The notes: generated by a model not told the origin, from the sequence alone. A stretch of 64,000 nucleotides of DNA from Planktothrix sp. GU0601_MAG3 (GCA_035193785.1 CP136572.1:4532578-4596577), one strand, 5' to 3'; shown: positions 47,439-59,852, numbered from the stretch's first letter. Made by a program: numbers and translations.

Positions 47439-47634
47439 ATTCTGGGTTTAGATTTGATCGCTTTGATGTTCCAATAGACTTTAATCGTTCAACAGTAGAC
47501 TGGTGAAACAGTTGTAGCCCAATTTCCTATCTACTGCATCCGAGGTAGGTCACTCATATCCCATTTAGCACAACTGTCCTATTTTAACTTTTGATGTGGA
47601 TTAGCGATCGCAACCCCTCAAAAAGAAATCACCG

Positions 47635-47731
47635 TAGAGACGAGCCACGGCGCGTCTCTCTCCCCCTCTCTCCCCCTCCCACCAGCCACGGCGCGTCTCT
47701 CTCCCCCACGAGCCACGGCGCATTTATCTCT
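47635..47731. repeat. GTAG-type palindrome followed by direct repeats of AGCCACGGCGC
   Basis: GTAGAGACGAGCCACGGCGCGTCTCT plus two further partial copies. Confidence 0.6.
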
Positions 47732-47760
47732 CTAATTCCTACAGTTAGTATAATAGGTAA

Positions 47761-48354
47761 TTAAGCAACTTTTGTTAATATAAAAACACTCCCCACATTT
47801 CCCCGTCCGATTCTTAAATCTTCATCTAAATAGGTAATATCTAACCAGCCTTTTTGATCCCGGGCTTGTAAACTAAAATCAATGGCAATAAATTTTTTTC
47901 CCATTTCAATATCCGCAATCAAATTATCGGGAGATTGATAACCGATAAATCTTTGAGAACCGATAATAAAGCGATTGAATTTAACATTAACTCGTTTTTC
48001 CGAAACGGGTTCAAATTCGGCGGCTACACTCACTAATCCTTCTAAGAACGGTAAACTCTGAACTTCTGCAATATTATAAACTTTCCGATCCGCCACCCGA
48101 ATACATTGATAAATTTGCCCTAACTCAAGCAAGGGAAATCGACCAATTCCGAGTAATTCATCACTACTGGTATACAATAGTCGCCAATTTCCATTCAGGA
48201 GTTCAGGAACTTCTAGGGGTCGGGGGTTAGGATTAAATTCTTCCAGTTGGGTCAAGACGGACAAAATAGCCGCTTTATCCCCTGGGGTGGCGAGTAGACC
48301 GCGATTTTTCCCAGCAATCATTTCTAATAAAAGGGCTTTTTTGGAGTTGGTCAT
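47761..48354 (-). CDS. PAP/fibrillin family protein
   Basis: KNRGLLA..LNGNWRLLYTS..WLDITYLDEDLRIGRGN. Confidence 0.92.
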   Translation of the reverse strand: MTNSKKALLLEMIAGKNRGLLATPGDKAAILSVLTQLEEFNPNPRPLEVPELLNGNWRLLYTSSDELLGIGRFPLLELGQIYQCIRVADRKVYNIAEVQSLPFLEGLVSVAAEFEPVSEKRVNVKFNRFIIGSQRFIGYQSPDNLIADIEMGKKFIAIDFSLQARDQKGWLDITYLDEDLRIGRGNVGSVFILTKVA

Positions 48355-48506
48355 AGTTTTATCTTATGTTTGATCAATTATTGGTTAGCTTTTTTAAATC
48401 TATAAGATTCAAAATAGATTAAAAAAATATGATACTGTCCATAACCAATGATTGTGTAAAATTAGATTAAGTCTAACTCAATTCTATTTGACGCCGAAAA
48501 CTAAAA

Positions 48507-48753
48507 ATGCTTAACCCATCCTTGCGAGAAATCCCAGCCCATGAAACCGGCTGATGTGATTCCTTCCAAACAAGAAATGTCACTGATAGTTTGGTTGGAG
48601 TCCACCGGACGTCTAATCGAACGGGATACCGTCACCAGTACCACAACCGTTGACTATTTGGAGGAGGAAGAAGAAATCACCGATCTGATTTCCGTTGATG
48701 ACTCTGCCTATGATGACGACGACGATGATGATGATGATCTATCAGAAGGCTAG
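48507..48753 (+). CDS. DUF3134-like small acidic protein (apparent frameshift at GAAAC 48543-48547)
   Basis: Corrected sequence MLNPSLREIPAHEPADVIPSKQEMSLIVWLESTGRLIER with an acidic tail; upstream of mraY. Confidence 0.7.
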
Positions 48754-48819
48754 AAATAGACGCTAGGAAACTAGCGATTTCTGGGATTGTTTTTGTGGTG
48801 TTGAGGATTAAAAATTTTT

Positions 48820-49926
48820 GTGGATAGCAAACTTTATTCGGTTAAATCATCCAACTGGTCTGGACAAACCCTATTATTCCTTCTAAGTTTAGGGTTGGGC
48901 TTGTTCGCTTTTAGTTTAGACCGGGTGAACAATAATTCATTTCAAGTTCAAGGCTCGTTATTTTTACCCGCTTTGATTAGTGCGATCGCCGTTTCTATCT
49001 TAGGATATTGGGCAATTCCGCTTTTAGTCAAGATTAAAGCCGGACAATTTATTCGAGAAGATGGCCCCCAAGCCCACTTACAAAAGGCCGGAACTCCAAC
49101 CATGGGAGGGGTATTTTTTATTCCTGTGGGAGTGGCGATCTCTTTAATTCTAACTCAATTTCATCCCCATGTGATCGCCGTTTCCGCCCTAACCTTAGCC
49201 TACGGATTTATTGGTTGGTTAGATGACTGGCAGATTTTAAGACGTAAATCAAATAAAGGGATTTCTCCTAGAATGAAATTGGCGTTGCAGTTGGGTTTTG
49301 CAACGCTATTTTGTGTCTGGTTAGCAGTAACCCAATCTTCAGCTTTAACCACCGTTGCTTTACCTTTAGGACTGGCAATTCCCCTGGGATTGTTATTCTG
49401 GCCCCTGGCAATTTTTGCCCAAGTTGCTGAAAGTAACGCCACCAATTTAACCGATGGTGTGGATGGGTTAATGGGCGGGTTAGGTGCGATCGCATTTTTG
49501 GGTTTGGGAGCCTATGTCGCCCCCAGCGCACCGGAATTAACCACTTTTTGTGCTTGTATGAGTGGCAGTTGTTTGGGATTTGTCACCCACAACCGCAACC
49601 CCGCCAAAGTATTTATGGGAGATACGGGAGCCCTAGCATTGGGGGGCAGTTTAGCCACGGTTGCCCTATTAACTAATAGTTTATGGGTGTTATTAATAAT
49701 TAGCGGAATTTTCTTTGTGGAAACCCTCTCTGTAATTGCTCAAGTTAGCTATTATAAAGCCACAAAAAATGCCGAGGGCGTGGGCAAACGTCTGTTCAAA
49801 ATGGCTCCTCTACATCACCATTTAGAATTATCAGGATGGCAAGAAACCCAAGTGGTCGGGAGTTTCTATTTAATTAATGCTATCTTAGTATTAATTACCC
49901 TGCTTCTAGGATACAATCATTTCTAG
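48820..49926 (+). CDS. mraY: Phospho-N-acetylmuramoyl-pentapeptide transferase
   Basis: KAGTPTMGG, GWLDD, NATNLTDGVDGL, VFMGDTG, MAPLHHHLE. Confidence 0.97.
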   Translation: MDSKLYSVKSSNWSGQTLLFLLSLGLGLFAFSLDRVNNNSFQVQGSLFLPALISAIAVSILGYWAIPLLVKIKAGQFIREDGPQAHLQKAGTPTMGGVFFIPVGVAISLILTQFHPHVIAVSALTLAYGFIGWLDDWQILRRKSNKGISPRMKLALQLGFATLFCVWLAVTQSSALTTVALPLGLAIPLGLLFWPLAIFAQVAESNATNLTDGVDGLMGGLGAIAFLGLGAYVAPSAPELTTFCACMSGSCLGFVTHNRNPAKVFMGDTGALALGGSLATVALLTNSLWVLLIISGIFFVETLSVIAQVSYYKATKNAEGVGKRLFKMAPLHHHLELSGWQETQVVGSFYLINAILVLITLLLGYNHF

Positions 49927-49941
49927 GTTTTTTACCGAATT

Positions 49942-50869
49942 ATGATTAACCTTTCTGTTGTTATCCCGGTTTATAATGGTGGGACTGATTTGCCGGATTT
50001 AATTGAATGCTTGCGATCGCAAACCTATCCGGCTGATCAAGTAGAATATTTATTAGTTGATAACAATAGTCAGGATAATTCTGTCTCTATTGTTCAGGAA
50101 TTAGCCACATCTACTGCAATTAATATTCGTTTCCCTATCAGAAAATAATATCCAAAGTTCCTATGCCGCTCGCAATGCCGGAATTAGAGTTGCCACCAGT
50201 GATATTATCGCCTTTACCGATATGGATTGCCGACCGGAACCCCAATGGTTAGAGCAATTAATTCAACCCTTTTCTAACCCCAATATTGGTCTGGTAGCGG
50301 GTGAAATTATCGCCTTACCCAGTTACAATTTATTAGAAAAATATGCCGATAAACAGGAAACTTTATCCCAAAAACACACCTTAAATAATAGCTTTTTGCC
50401 CTATGGTCAAACCGCTAATTTAGCCATTCGGCGTAAAATTTTTGAACAGGTGGGTTTATTCCGTCCCTACCTCACCACCGGGGGCGATGCGGATATGTGT
50501 TGGCGGATTCAACAACAAACCAATTATCAATTAGAATTGGCATCCCAAGCAATAGTTAAACACCGTCATCGGTCTACCTTAAAAGCATTAAAAAGTCAGT
50601 GGCGACGCTACGGAGAATCTAACCGTTATTTACATGAACTCCATGGGATTAATTTAATGAAAGAGTTAACACCTACTGATTATTTGTATCGCTTAGGACG
50701 TTGGGTTTTAAAAGAATTACCCCTGGGTACGGTCAAACTATTAACTGGAAAAGCCGAAATCGTGGATTTAATTAGTACCCCCATCTCGTTATTCAATGGA
50801 AATGCCCGTTTCCAAGGACAACAACAGGCGAAATTATCAGAACAAGCAAAAGTAATTGAACGACTTTAA
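49942..50869 (+). CDS. Family 2 glycosyltransferase (apparent frameshift at GTTTC 50129-50133)
   Basis: SVVIPVYN, LVDNNSQD, SSYAARNAG, AFTDMD, TANLA, GGDAD. Confidence 0.88.
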
Positions 50870-50947
50870 AATTTAAGTATTATCACAACTATTTTAACTT
50901 TTTTTAGGGGATAATTCAGATTATACCTGTTTGTTGATCCAATCGCC

Positions 50948-51758
50948 ATGACTCAATTTAGACTGTCTCAACAACACTTAAATTTGTTGTCTCTGTGTCC
51001 TCGCAAATTTCAATATACCTATTTAGATCAGTTAGTTTCACCCACTTCTCCAGAAACAGGAAGAACGCATCGCCTGGGGAAATCAGTTTCACCTATTAAT
51101 GCAGCAACATGAGTTAGGATTACCTGTGGATTTGTTACTTACCCAAGATCAGGAATTAAAACGCTGTTATACTGAATTTTTAAGCGTAGCATCGGATATT
51201 TTTGAGTTAAATTCCGATCCCGCAATCGGCGTTTTTAGAGAAGCAGAACATTACCGCAGTTTAAATTTTAATCAGGATTTATTAGTAGTTATTTATGATT
51301 TAATTAAAGCCGAAGAAAAACAAGCCCAAATCTTTGATTGGAAAACCTATCCCCGCCCTCAAAATCGCCAGCTTTTAGAAAATAATTGGCAAACTCGTTT
51401 ATATCCTTATCTTTTAGTGGAAACCAGTCAATATTTACCCGAACAAGTTTCGATGACCTATTGGTTTGTTAAGTCTCCCCAAAAACAGCCTCCTCAATGT
51501 TTACACTTTCCCTATACTCAACAACAACATCAGAAAAATCAACAGGACTTAAAGCAACTAATTGATCAATTTCATAACTATTTAGACCGTTATCAACAAG
51601 GTGAATTTTTTCCCCAAGTTGATAGAAGTCAAGGACATTGTAAATCCTGTCAATTTGCTATCCGTTGTCAACGGGTTTCTGAAGAATTAACTTTTGATCA
51701 GCCCTTAAATTCTCTGAATCTATATAATATTGATCAAGTTCAAGAAGTGATAATTTAA
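50948..51758 (+). CDS. PD-(D/E)XK nuclease family protein (apparent frameshift near GAAAC 51053-51057)
   Basis: RLSQQHLNLLSLCPRKFQY..WGNQFHLLMQQ..YDL..IFDWKT..CKSCQFAIRC. Confidence 0.8.
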
Positions 51759-51762
51759 ACCT

Positions 51763-54138
51763 ATGTGGCAAATTCAACCAAATTTAGAGACTCCTGATTG
51801 GATAATCCCGATTATTCAAGAGTTCGTTCCTGAAATTTCAGGGCAATATATTGCTCAATTATTATTACATAGAGGGATAAAAACCCCTCAACAATTGGTA
51901 GGATTTATCAACTATAATTCCTATCAACCATCCAGTCCATTTGAATTTGGAATAGAGATGGAGAGGGCAATTAAACGATTGATTTTAGCCCGAAATCAAC
52001 AAGAAATTATTACAATTTGGGGGGACTTTGATGCTGACGGAATTACAGCAACTTCCGTATTATGGGATGGTTTAGGACAGTTTTTTAGTCGAAAAAATCA
52101 GCAGTTATCCTATCATATCCCCAATCGGTTAACCGAATCCCACGGATTAAATTGTGCTGGAATTTATCAATTATATCAGCAGGGATGTCAGTTAATAGTT
52201 ACCTGCGATACCGGAAGTACCAACTTCAAAGAAATTGAATATGCAAATCAATTAGGTATTGATATTATCGTTACCGATCATCATACTTTACTCGAAGAAA
52301 GACCTCCAGTAGTTGCTATTATTAATCCCCGTTATTTGTCTTTAGATCATCCTTTATATCATCTATCGGGGGTGGCGGTTGCCTATAAATTGATTGAAGC
52401 ATTATATGAAACATTACCCAATATTCCCCAACGTCCCCTAGAGGATTTATTAGATTTAGTCGCCATTGGTTTAATTGCAGATTTAGTTCAACTTAAAGGA
52501 GATTGTCGATATTTAGCTCAATTGGGAATAAAAAAATTACAACAACAATTAAAAAATCCTACCCGTCCAGGGGTTGCTAAACTGTTAGATTTATGTAAAC
52601 GAACAGGCGATCGCCCCACCGATATTTCCTTTGGTCTTGGCCCTAGAATTAATGCCGTGAGTCGCATTTATGGGGATGCTAAATTCTGTGTTGAACTTCT
52701 GACCAGCCAGGATAAAAAACGCTGTCAACAATTAGCTATAGAAACCGAATTAGCCAATACCCGGCGCAAAGGATTACAAAAAGAAGTTAGCCGTGATGTG
52801 ATGGCAAAATTAAAAAAAATTGACCTATCTACGACTCAAGTTATTGTGTTATCCGATCCCCAATGGCCAGGGGGAGTTTTGGGTTTGGTGGCGGGTCAAG
52901 TAGCTCAAGAATATGGACGACCGACCATTTTATTAAGTACGGAAGGAACCATAGATTTAAGTAATTATCAGCAGGAAGTAAGCAATAATTCAGAAGTTAA
53001 ATTAGCCCGGGGTTCTGCTCGTTCAGTGAATCAAATTGATTTATATGAATTAGTCAAAAGTCAAGCCCATCTTTTGCATCGATTTGGAGGCCATCCCTTC
53101 GCCGCCGGGTTGAGTTTACCAATAGAAAATCTTTCGATCTTTATAGATGCGATTAATCGCCAAATGCGAGAACAATTAGATACTAATTTACCGGGGATTG
53201 GACAACGGAATATTCAAGTAGATTTGGTTTGTACCGTTGCCGAATTAGGGTTTGATTTATTTCAGGAATTAAAACTTTTAGAACCCTGTGGGATGGGAAA
53301 CCCAGTTCCTAAAATATTAATTCAAAATTGTTGGTTTACTAATGCCTGGAACACTTCAGAAAAGGATTTAAGAGGCCAAAAAGTTCAATATATTAAAACT
53401 ACCTTTGAACTATGGGATCAGTCCATATCAACTGGATTTCCCGGGGTATGGTGGGGACATTATAAAGATGAGTTACCCGCAGGACGATCAGATGTGATTG
53501 TGGAACTCGATTTTAATACCTTTAAAGAACAATATGAAATTAGAATTTTAGAATTACAATCTGCCCAAGCTCAGACTCCCCCAGCCTCGATTCATCTGGC
53601 TGATTATCCTATTTTAGATTATCGTAATCAAAACATTAATCTACCTTTATCCGATATACTAATTATTAAAGACTGTCCCACCTGTTGGGAAGATTTACAA
53701 TCTTGGTTTCGACGCGCCCATGCTGAAAAAAAACCCTTAGCGATCGCCTATACCCTACCAGAATTACTACCTCCTGAAAAAATTTGGGAACAACTGATCG
53801 GCATTGCCAAATATCTCAGTCGCACCCACCAACCCGTTAATACTCAACAACTCCGAAATCAATTAAACTTAGGAGTAATTCCCTTAAAAATTGGTTTTAA
53901 AATCTTAAAACAATTAGGCTTTAACATTGAATATCAAGATCAGAGGTTAGATATTAGCTGGCAAAAACCATCCGGTTTTCATCCTCCTGAAACCCTGAAT
54001 CAATTAATCCAAACCTTCCTATCTACCATCCAAGAAGAACAATTCCGTCGTCAATATTTCTGTAATATTCCTTTGTCAACCCTAGAATCAATCGCGATTC
54101 AAACCATCATCAAAGAAGGAAACAAAAACTTAAATTAA
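51763..54138 (+). CDS. recJ: Second RecJ-family ssDNA exonuclease
   Basis: GDFDADG, TCDTG, TDHH, GLIAD, PRINA, FGGHPFAAG. Confidence 0.88.
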   Translation: MWQIQPNLETPDWIIPIIQEFVPEISGQYIAQLLLHRGIKTPQQLVGFINYNSYQPSSPFEFGIEMERAIKRLILARNQQEIITIWGDFDADGITATSVLWDGLGQFFSRKNQQLSYHIPNRLTESHGLNCAGIYQLYQQGCQLIVTCDTGSTNFKEIEYANQLGIDIIVTDHHTLLEERPPVVAIINPRYLSLDHPLYHLSGVAVAYKLIEALYETLPNIPQRPLEDLLDLVAIGLIADLVQLKGDCRYLAQLGIKKLQQQLKNPTRPGVAKLLDLCKRTGDRPTDISFGLGPRINAVSRIYGDAKFCVELLTSQDKKRCQQLAIETELANTRRKGLQKEVSRDVMAKLKKIDLSTTQVIVLSDPQWPGGVLGLVAGQVAQEYGRPTILLSTEGTIDLSNYQQEVSNNSEVKLARGSARSVNQIDLYELVKSQAHLLHRFGGHPFAAGLSLPIENLSIFIDAINRQMREQLDTNLPGIGQRNIQVDLVCTVAELGFDLFQELKLLEPCGMGNPVPKILIQNCWFTNAWNTSEKDLRGQKVQYIKTTFELWDQSISTGFPGVWWGHYKDELPAGRSDVIVELDFNTFKEQYEIRILELQSAQAQTPPASIHLADYPILDYRNQNINLPLSDILIIKDCPTCWEDLQSWFRRAHAEKKPLAIAYTLPELLPPEKIWEQLIGIAKYLSRTHQPVNTQQLRNQLNLGVIPLKIGFKILKQLGFNIEYQDQRLDISWQKPSGFHPPETLNQLIQTFLSTIQEEQFRRQYFCNIPLSTLESIAIQTIIKEGNKNLN

Positions 54139-54268
54139 CCATGAAATATAATGGGTTTTAAAATTCCTGAATTGGGAATCACCCATTTCTCCTAATCTTG
54201 TTGTACAATAGGAAATTGTACCCTTAAAATATCCCTGTGTAATTTCTCAAAAGGCAGGGAATCTAACT

Positions 54269-56303
54269 ATGGTAGTTTGTCCCCAGTGTCAATTTGAAAA
54301 CCCAAATCTAAATAAGTTTTGCCAAAGCTGCGGTACTTCTCTTACCCAGAAATATTGTCCTGAATGTGGGGCGACCGTGCCCCTAAATACCCTGGAATGT
54401 CACAACTGCGGGACAGTAACTGGAACAGTTTATCTGGCCGTGGTTAGCCCTTCGTCCTTAGTCGCTTCTCAACCTGATCAATTAGAATCCTTAAATAACG
54501 ACCATTTAGAGGGGGCCAGTACCGTCCCAGAATCGATTTCAGATCGAATTGAGACCGAACCCCCCACCCCGGATACCCCTCAAGAGTCAGACCCAACATC
54601 TGCGGCCGTTGAACCTGAAGAAGAAATTTTCGCCCAAGCGGATATCGAAGCCATTACCATCGCGCCCCAGGATGCCCTGAGTCCCTCCGATAACCCGTCA
54701 CCGGAGGAGGATAGTCTACAATCGCTCGAACTCCCCATTGGAGCCTATTTAGACCCCCAGCAGCGTTATCAACTCCTCGATCCCTTACCTCCGCTACAGT
54801 CGGGGGAAACCATCACGGTGAAGGTTTTAGATACCCAGCCCCTACAGCTATCTCCTTTAAAAGCCTTAGAAAAACAAGCCTCTACCCCCTCAGACCCACA
54901 ATTAGAGACTTTTATTATTACTGCGGCTCGGCCCTATTTTTCCTTGGCCTCCGAGCATTCCTACTATTTCCCCCGGTTACAAGATGCCTGGGAACAGCCG
55001 TTTTATAGTGTGATTCTTTTAGAAGATTTTACTAATTTTCCCCTATTATCTGACCTATGGAGTAACAAGAAAAACACAGCCCAACAAATTGTTTGTTGGT
55101 TAGAGGATTTAGTCAAACTCTGGATATTGTTGGAACCTTGGAACTGTCGTCAAAGTTTATTAGAAAATCAGAATTTAAGGGTTTTTCCTGAAGATTCTCA
55201 ACAGTTATGTTTAAAAAAATTGTATTTTGACTCCCCCAATTCCACCCTGAGTTTATCGGATTTAGGATTATTATGGCAGGAGTTATTTCGCGAATCCCAA
55301 CGAACTTTAGTGGGTTCCTTAACAGAAATATTACGCGATTTACTCGAAGGAAAAATTACAACTGTTGAACAATTGCAACAAGCCTTAAGGGGGGTTTTAG
55401 AAGAAATTAATTGTCCCTCGACCCCAGCCTCCCGACCCATCGACCCAACACAACCCCCATCACTGAGCTTAACCCAAGCCCCAACGGTGATTCCGACTCG
55501 GAAACTCAAATCCCTAGAAGCGGTGGGACGTACCGATATCGGACGTCAACGGGATCACAATGAGGACTGTTTTGGCATGGAAACCCAAATCAAGATTGAA
55601 GAAACACCCCTGGGACAAACAAGCTCCGTCCGGGGTTTATATATTCTCTGTGATGGGATGGGAGGACACGCCGGAGGGGAAGTGGCGAGTCAAATGGCGG
55701 TTGACACCCTGAAAGACTATTTCCAAAACCAATATCTCGAGGGACTCCCCACGGAGGAAATCCTACAGGATGCAATTCTGAAAGCCAATGAAGCGATTTA
55801 TACAGAAAATCAACAGGGCGTCCGTTTCCGGCGTGGGTCGCATGGGCACAACCCTAGTGATGGCTTTCGTAGTTGATCACCAAGTAGCAGTGGCTCATGT
55901 GGGAGATAGTCGATTATATCGTTTAACTCGCACCCATGGGTTACAGCAAGTCACCGTTGACCATGAAGTCGGACAACGGGAAATTCAAAAAGGAATTAAT
56001 CCAGAACTGGCTTACTCCCGTCCCGACGCCTATCAATTAACTCAAGCCCTAGGCCCGAGGGAGGAGCAGTTTGTCCATCCCGATGTTCAGTTTTTGGAAA
56101 TTGAGGAGGATACCGTTTTGATTATAGCATCCGACGGCCTAACGGATAATAACCTCTTGGAAATCTTCTGCGAAACTCAACTCAATCCCTTACTTAATCC
56201 TGAAACCAATTTAGCCACCGCCGTAGATGGTTTAATTGCTCTGGCAAATCAACATAATGGTCACGATAATATTACGGCTATTGTCGTTCGAGCTTGGGTG
56301 TAG
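54269..56303 (+). CDS. PP2C-family Ser/Thr phosphatase with N-terminal double zinc ribbon (apparent frameshift at GTTTC 55824-55828)
   Basis: CPQC..CQSC..CPEC..CHNC; RDHNED, LCDGMGGH, MGTT, HVGDSR, SDGL, GHDNIT. Confidence 0.9.
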
Positions 56304-56314
56304 TCGGGTAGGAG

Positions 56315-56360
56315 AGCAGGGGGAGCAGGGGAGCAGGGGAGGCAGGGGGAGCAGGGGGAG
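56315..56360. repeat. (GCAGGGGGA)n short tandem repeat
   Basis: Reverse complement of the CCCCTGCT array at 23545. Confidence 0.85.
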
Positions 56361-56506
56361 CAGGGGGAGCAGGGGGAGCTAGGAGACTGGCTGGGTATTA
56401 ACAATTAACAATTACATCCAAAATTGATAATTAACATATTCTCTCTAGTGAGCGGGGATGCGCTTACTACGATTAAAAGGCACGTCTAGCCCACTAATAA
56501 CTGATA

Positions 56507-56642
56507 TAGCGCTACGCATTAAAGTTAGGACACTTCTAAATCCTGAAACTCATTCACTGCTTACTGCTTACTGTTCCCTGTTCCCTGTTCCCTGTTCCCT
56601 GTTCCCTGTTCCCTGTTCCCTGTTCCCTAGTGCGTAGCGCTA
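56507..56642. mobile_element. 136-bp MITE carrying (CTGTTCC)n, inserted in an (ACTGATA)n array
   Basis: Terminal inverted repeats TAGCGCTACGCA/TGCGTAGCGCTA with TA on both sides. Confidence 0.7.
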
Positions 56643-56673
56643 TAACTGATAACTGATAACTGATAACTGATTT

Positions 56674-57883
56674 ATGTTAATCCTAACTTTGTTAGACAGC
56701 CAACAAAAAACCCCCCTGAGACAGTGGACATTTGCACAGGAGGCGGTGATTCGAGTGGGACGGGCGGCGGATAATCAAGTTGTCATCGTTGATTCCTTGG
56801 TTTCCCGTTATCATTTGGAGTTACATCCTCCAACGGATGAAACCCAGAATTCACCATGGTTGCTTGTAAGTAAGGGAACAAACGGAACCTTTGTGAATGG
56901 GGTTCTCACCCATCAGGGATTAGTGGGGGATGGTGCTTTAATTGAATTAGCAAAGGATGGCCCCCTATTACAAATTCAACTCCAGGCCAGTGTAATTGCG
57001 ATTCCGGCGACTCCTCCCTCCTGTAAGCATGAGGGGAATACGCCGGGGAATTTATTCTGTATTCATTGTGGGCTTCCGATTCAGGTTGAGCGCACAATCC
57101 GACAATATCAGGTACTGAGAACCATCGGACGGGGAGGAATGGGAACAACCACCCTAGCCTGGGATTCTACCACCGCTAAATCGGCTGTACCCGTTGTCGT
57201 TGTACTCAAAGAAATGAATGCGGATATGGCACAAATTGCCAAGGCCCAAGAATTATTTGAACGGGAAGCCCGTACCCTAAAAGCCTTAAACCACGAGGGA
57301 ATCCCCCAGTTTTACGACTTTTTTGTCGAAGATGGCAAAAAATATTTAGTCATGGAAATGATCCATGGCACGGATCTGGAACAGTATATCCACCAACGGG
57401 GGCCAGTAATTCCCCAACAGGCGATTCAGTGGATGATCCAGACCTGCGAGATATTAGACTATATTCACTCCCTTGATCCGCCTCTGATCCACCGAGATAT
57501 CAAACCTGCCAATTTACTTTTGCGACGACGGGATCACCGCATTGTCGTATTGGACTTCGGAGCCGTGAAGGAAATAGGAACGCCCCCCGGAAACCCGAAT
57601 CGGTGCGGAAGGATACAGCGCCCCGGAACAGGATCGGGGACAACCCCTGACTCAATCGGATTTGTATGCGATCGGTACAACCTTAATTTTTTTACTGACC
57701 GCCGAAACACCCCTCAAATTCTATGGCAAACGGGGAAACAGTTATGGTTTTGAACTCGATAACGTTCCGACTATTACGCCTCAACTGCGAAAAGTGATTG
57801 AACAAGCCACGGAATACCGACCCAAAGATCGCTACCCAACGGCCCAACATCTATCTCAAGCTTTAGCCCAATGCCTAAATTGA
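56674..57883 (+). CDS. FHA-domain Ser/Thr protein kinase (apparent frameshift at GAAAC 57590-57594)
   Basis: FHA motifs VGR..VSRYH..GTNGTFVNG; IGRGGMG, HRDIKPAN, DFG, and GTRIGAEGYSAPEQ after correction. Confidence 0.9.
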
Positions 57884-58045
57884 TAAAATCGTGAGGAAGA
57901 TTGATACAAAGCAGGAGGAAAGGGCAAAGGACTAAAGGCTATGGATGGACGTGAATACAAAACTTTAGACAGCGGACTTGGAAAGGGTGAATTCTTGATC
58001 GATTACAAACCGACTGAAATCAGGGAGGGTTTGATAAATAGGTTT

Positions 58046-58270
58046 CTAATCTTCGTCTTCGTCCCACGCTTCAACGGCTAATAGCTCGCTGAGGGGATCT
58101 TGCATGGAGAAACCAAACTCTAACAATTCCTGTTTCCAATATTTCCAGTCATCGCCATAGAGAAGGGCGATTTTCCATAAACTATCGGAAGGTTTGATAA
58201 TGTCAGACTTGACCAGGGAATGCACCTGACGTTGTAATTTATCCATCGGGTGTATAACCTTTTGGCTCAT
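58046..58270 (-). CDS. DUF4327 family protein
   Basis: HPMDKLQRQVHSLV..IKPSDSLWKIALLYGDDW..DPLSELLAVEAWDE. Confidence 0.75.
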   Translation of the reverse strand: MSQKVIHPMDKLQRQVHSLVKSDIIKPSDSLWKIALLYGDDWKYWKQELLEFGFSMQDPLSELLAVEAWDEDED

Positions 58271-58529
58271 AATACCTCTTAAATTGTTCTAATTTCTAAA
58301 GGGTTAACGCTTTCCAACCTGAACGTTTTTCTTGGCATACAGGGCTGATGCCATTCAAAGCAACTTCCTCGACTATGAGTATAGCATAAACTTTGAAAAA
58401 GCAATCTTTTTTTTTGAATTTAGGTGTCAGTTCTCGATAACGATGGCTTGAATTTCGCCCTAAAGCCAATTATAGCGGGGAAAACCCAAAGGCGTCATCC
58501 CAACTTATTGACTAGGAATCACTCCCCAA

Positions 58530-59133
58530 TTAATCGGTATCGGTAATACACAATACCCAAATTTGATAATTTCGCTTATCGATGCCAAGCCAAGTCACGT
58601 CCCAAGAAACACCCGCAAACCATTCTGTCCAGGGTTTCCTGAGAAATATACATCTGAATTTCATCATAGCGACTCCCAAACAGGGCATCACAAAATTTTA
58701 TCCCAATATCCTTCGCTTGTTTGGCAGTTCCTTGAAATTCTTCATCTGCTCCCCCTAAAAATAAGGCCTCTGCTAATTCTCCATCTAGGGTGAAAGCACT
58801 GGTATCTTCCGTTAGGTCTAGGTCTGTGGTTAGGGGGGTTTCAATTTCTAAAGCTGATAAACCATCCATTACCGGGGGTAGGGTGACAAATTGTTCAAAA
58901 AAATTAATTTCATTCAGTAAGTCCCTGGAGCCAAACCAATTTAACACCGCATGGGGAGAAACCTTAAATCGGGCGAACTCCGCCCCCCCATTAACCAAAA
59001 TTTTTCTTAATTCTTGGAGGAGTTTATTAACAGATGGATCTTCTAGGGGGGTATGTACGACTTGTAATTCTTGCCACATTTGCTCAATTTCTTCTTCCGA
59101 GGGACGGTATTGGTCTCGATTAGGAACTAACAT
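58530..59133 (-). CDS. Hypothetical protein (apparent frameshift at GTTTC 58634-58638)
   Basis: Corrected C-terminus SQEPWTEWFAGVSWDVTWLGIDKRNYQIWVLCITDTD. Confidence 0.65.
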
Positions 59134-59372
59134 CAATGTTGATCTCCAGTTAACAATATTTTATATACTTTACTTGAGTCTTTAAAAACTCACAAGATTA
59201 TTTTCAAAAAATATTATAAAAATTAACAGAATTAATTGGGTTTTTATGGTACTTAATTATGATATAAGGAAACCCAAAGGAACTAAGACACTAAAAAACA
59301 TTATCTCAGGATATTACAGGTTTATGTTTTCTGAAATATACTGTAATTATAATATTATTTATAAATTTGTAA

Positions 59373-59813
59373 TTATTGTATCAATTTATCGAGTAAAGCA
59401 TCGGAAGTTTGCGATATTTCGGGTTCTACGGGACAAAATTCTAGTTCAATTTCAATAGCAATTTGAGGTTCCGATAAGTTGTTATAGCTGGTGATCGCTT
59501 TAAATCTCAATTTTCCAGTTTTCCAAGAGGCGGCACCTAATTTTAAGAGTTTACAATCAATTTCTTCACTGACGGTATTTACGCTACTTTGATTTACTGT
59601 TAAAATCACCTTCTTTTCGATATTGTATTCGGAGTTAATTCTCTCTAATAAATGAAAATCAAAAGCAGTTATGCCATCAATTTTATAGCCTTTAATATAC
59701 ATTTTTTTGTTCAGTATATCTACCAGAATTTCCTTAAAATTTTCCACGGTAAATGTATTCTTATTGAACATTAAAATATCATCATTACTTAATGGATAAA
59801 ACGGATTATTCAT
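59373..59813 (-). CDS. KGK-domain protein
   Basis: IDCKLLKLGAASWKTGKLRFK..ELEFCPVEPE..LLD. Confidence 0.8.
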   Translation of the reverse strand: MNNPFYPLSNDDILMFNKNTFTVENFKEILVDILNKKMYIKGYKIDGITAFDFHLLERINSEYNIEKKVILTVNQSSVNTVSEEIDCKLLKLGAASWKTGKLRFKAITSYNNLSEPQIAIEIELEFCPVEPEISQTSDALLDKLIQ

Positions 59814-59852
59814 TTTGATATTATCCTCAAGATTTGAGCTAAAAAGTTGGTT

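Noticed and set aside
50948..54138. PD-(D/E)XK nuclease plus second RecJ as a novel defence pair or Cas4 locus
   Set aside because: Host-like composition with HIP1 sites in recJ, housekeeping context, no CRISPR or cas1; two recJ paralogs are common in cyanobacteria.
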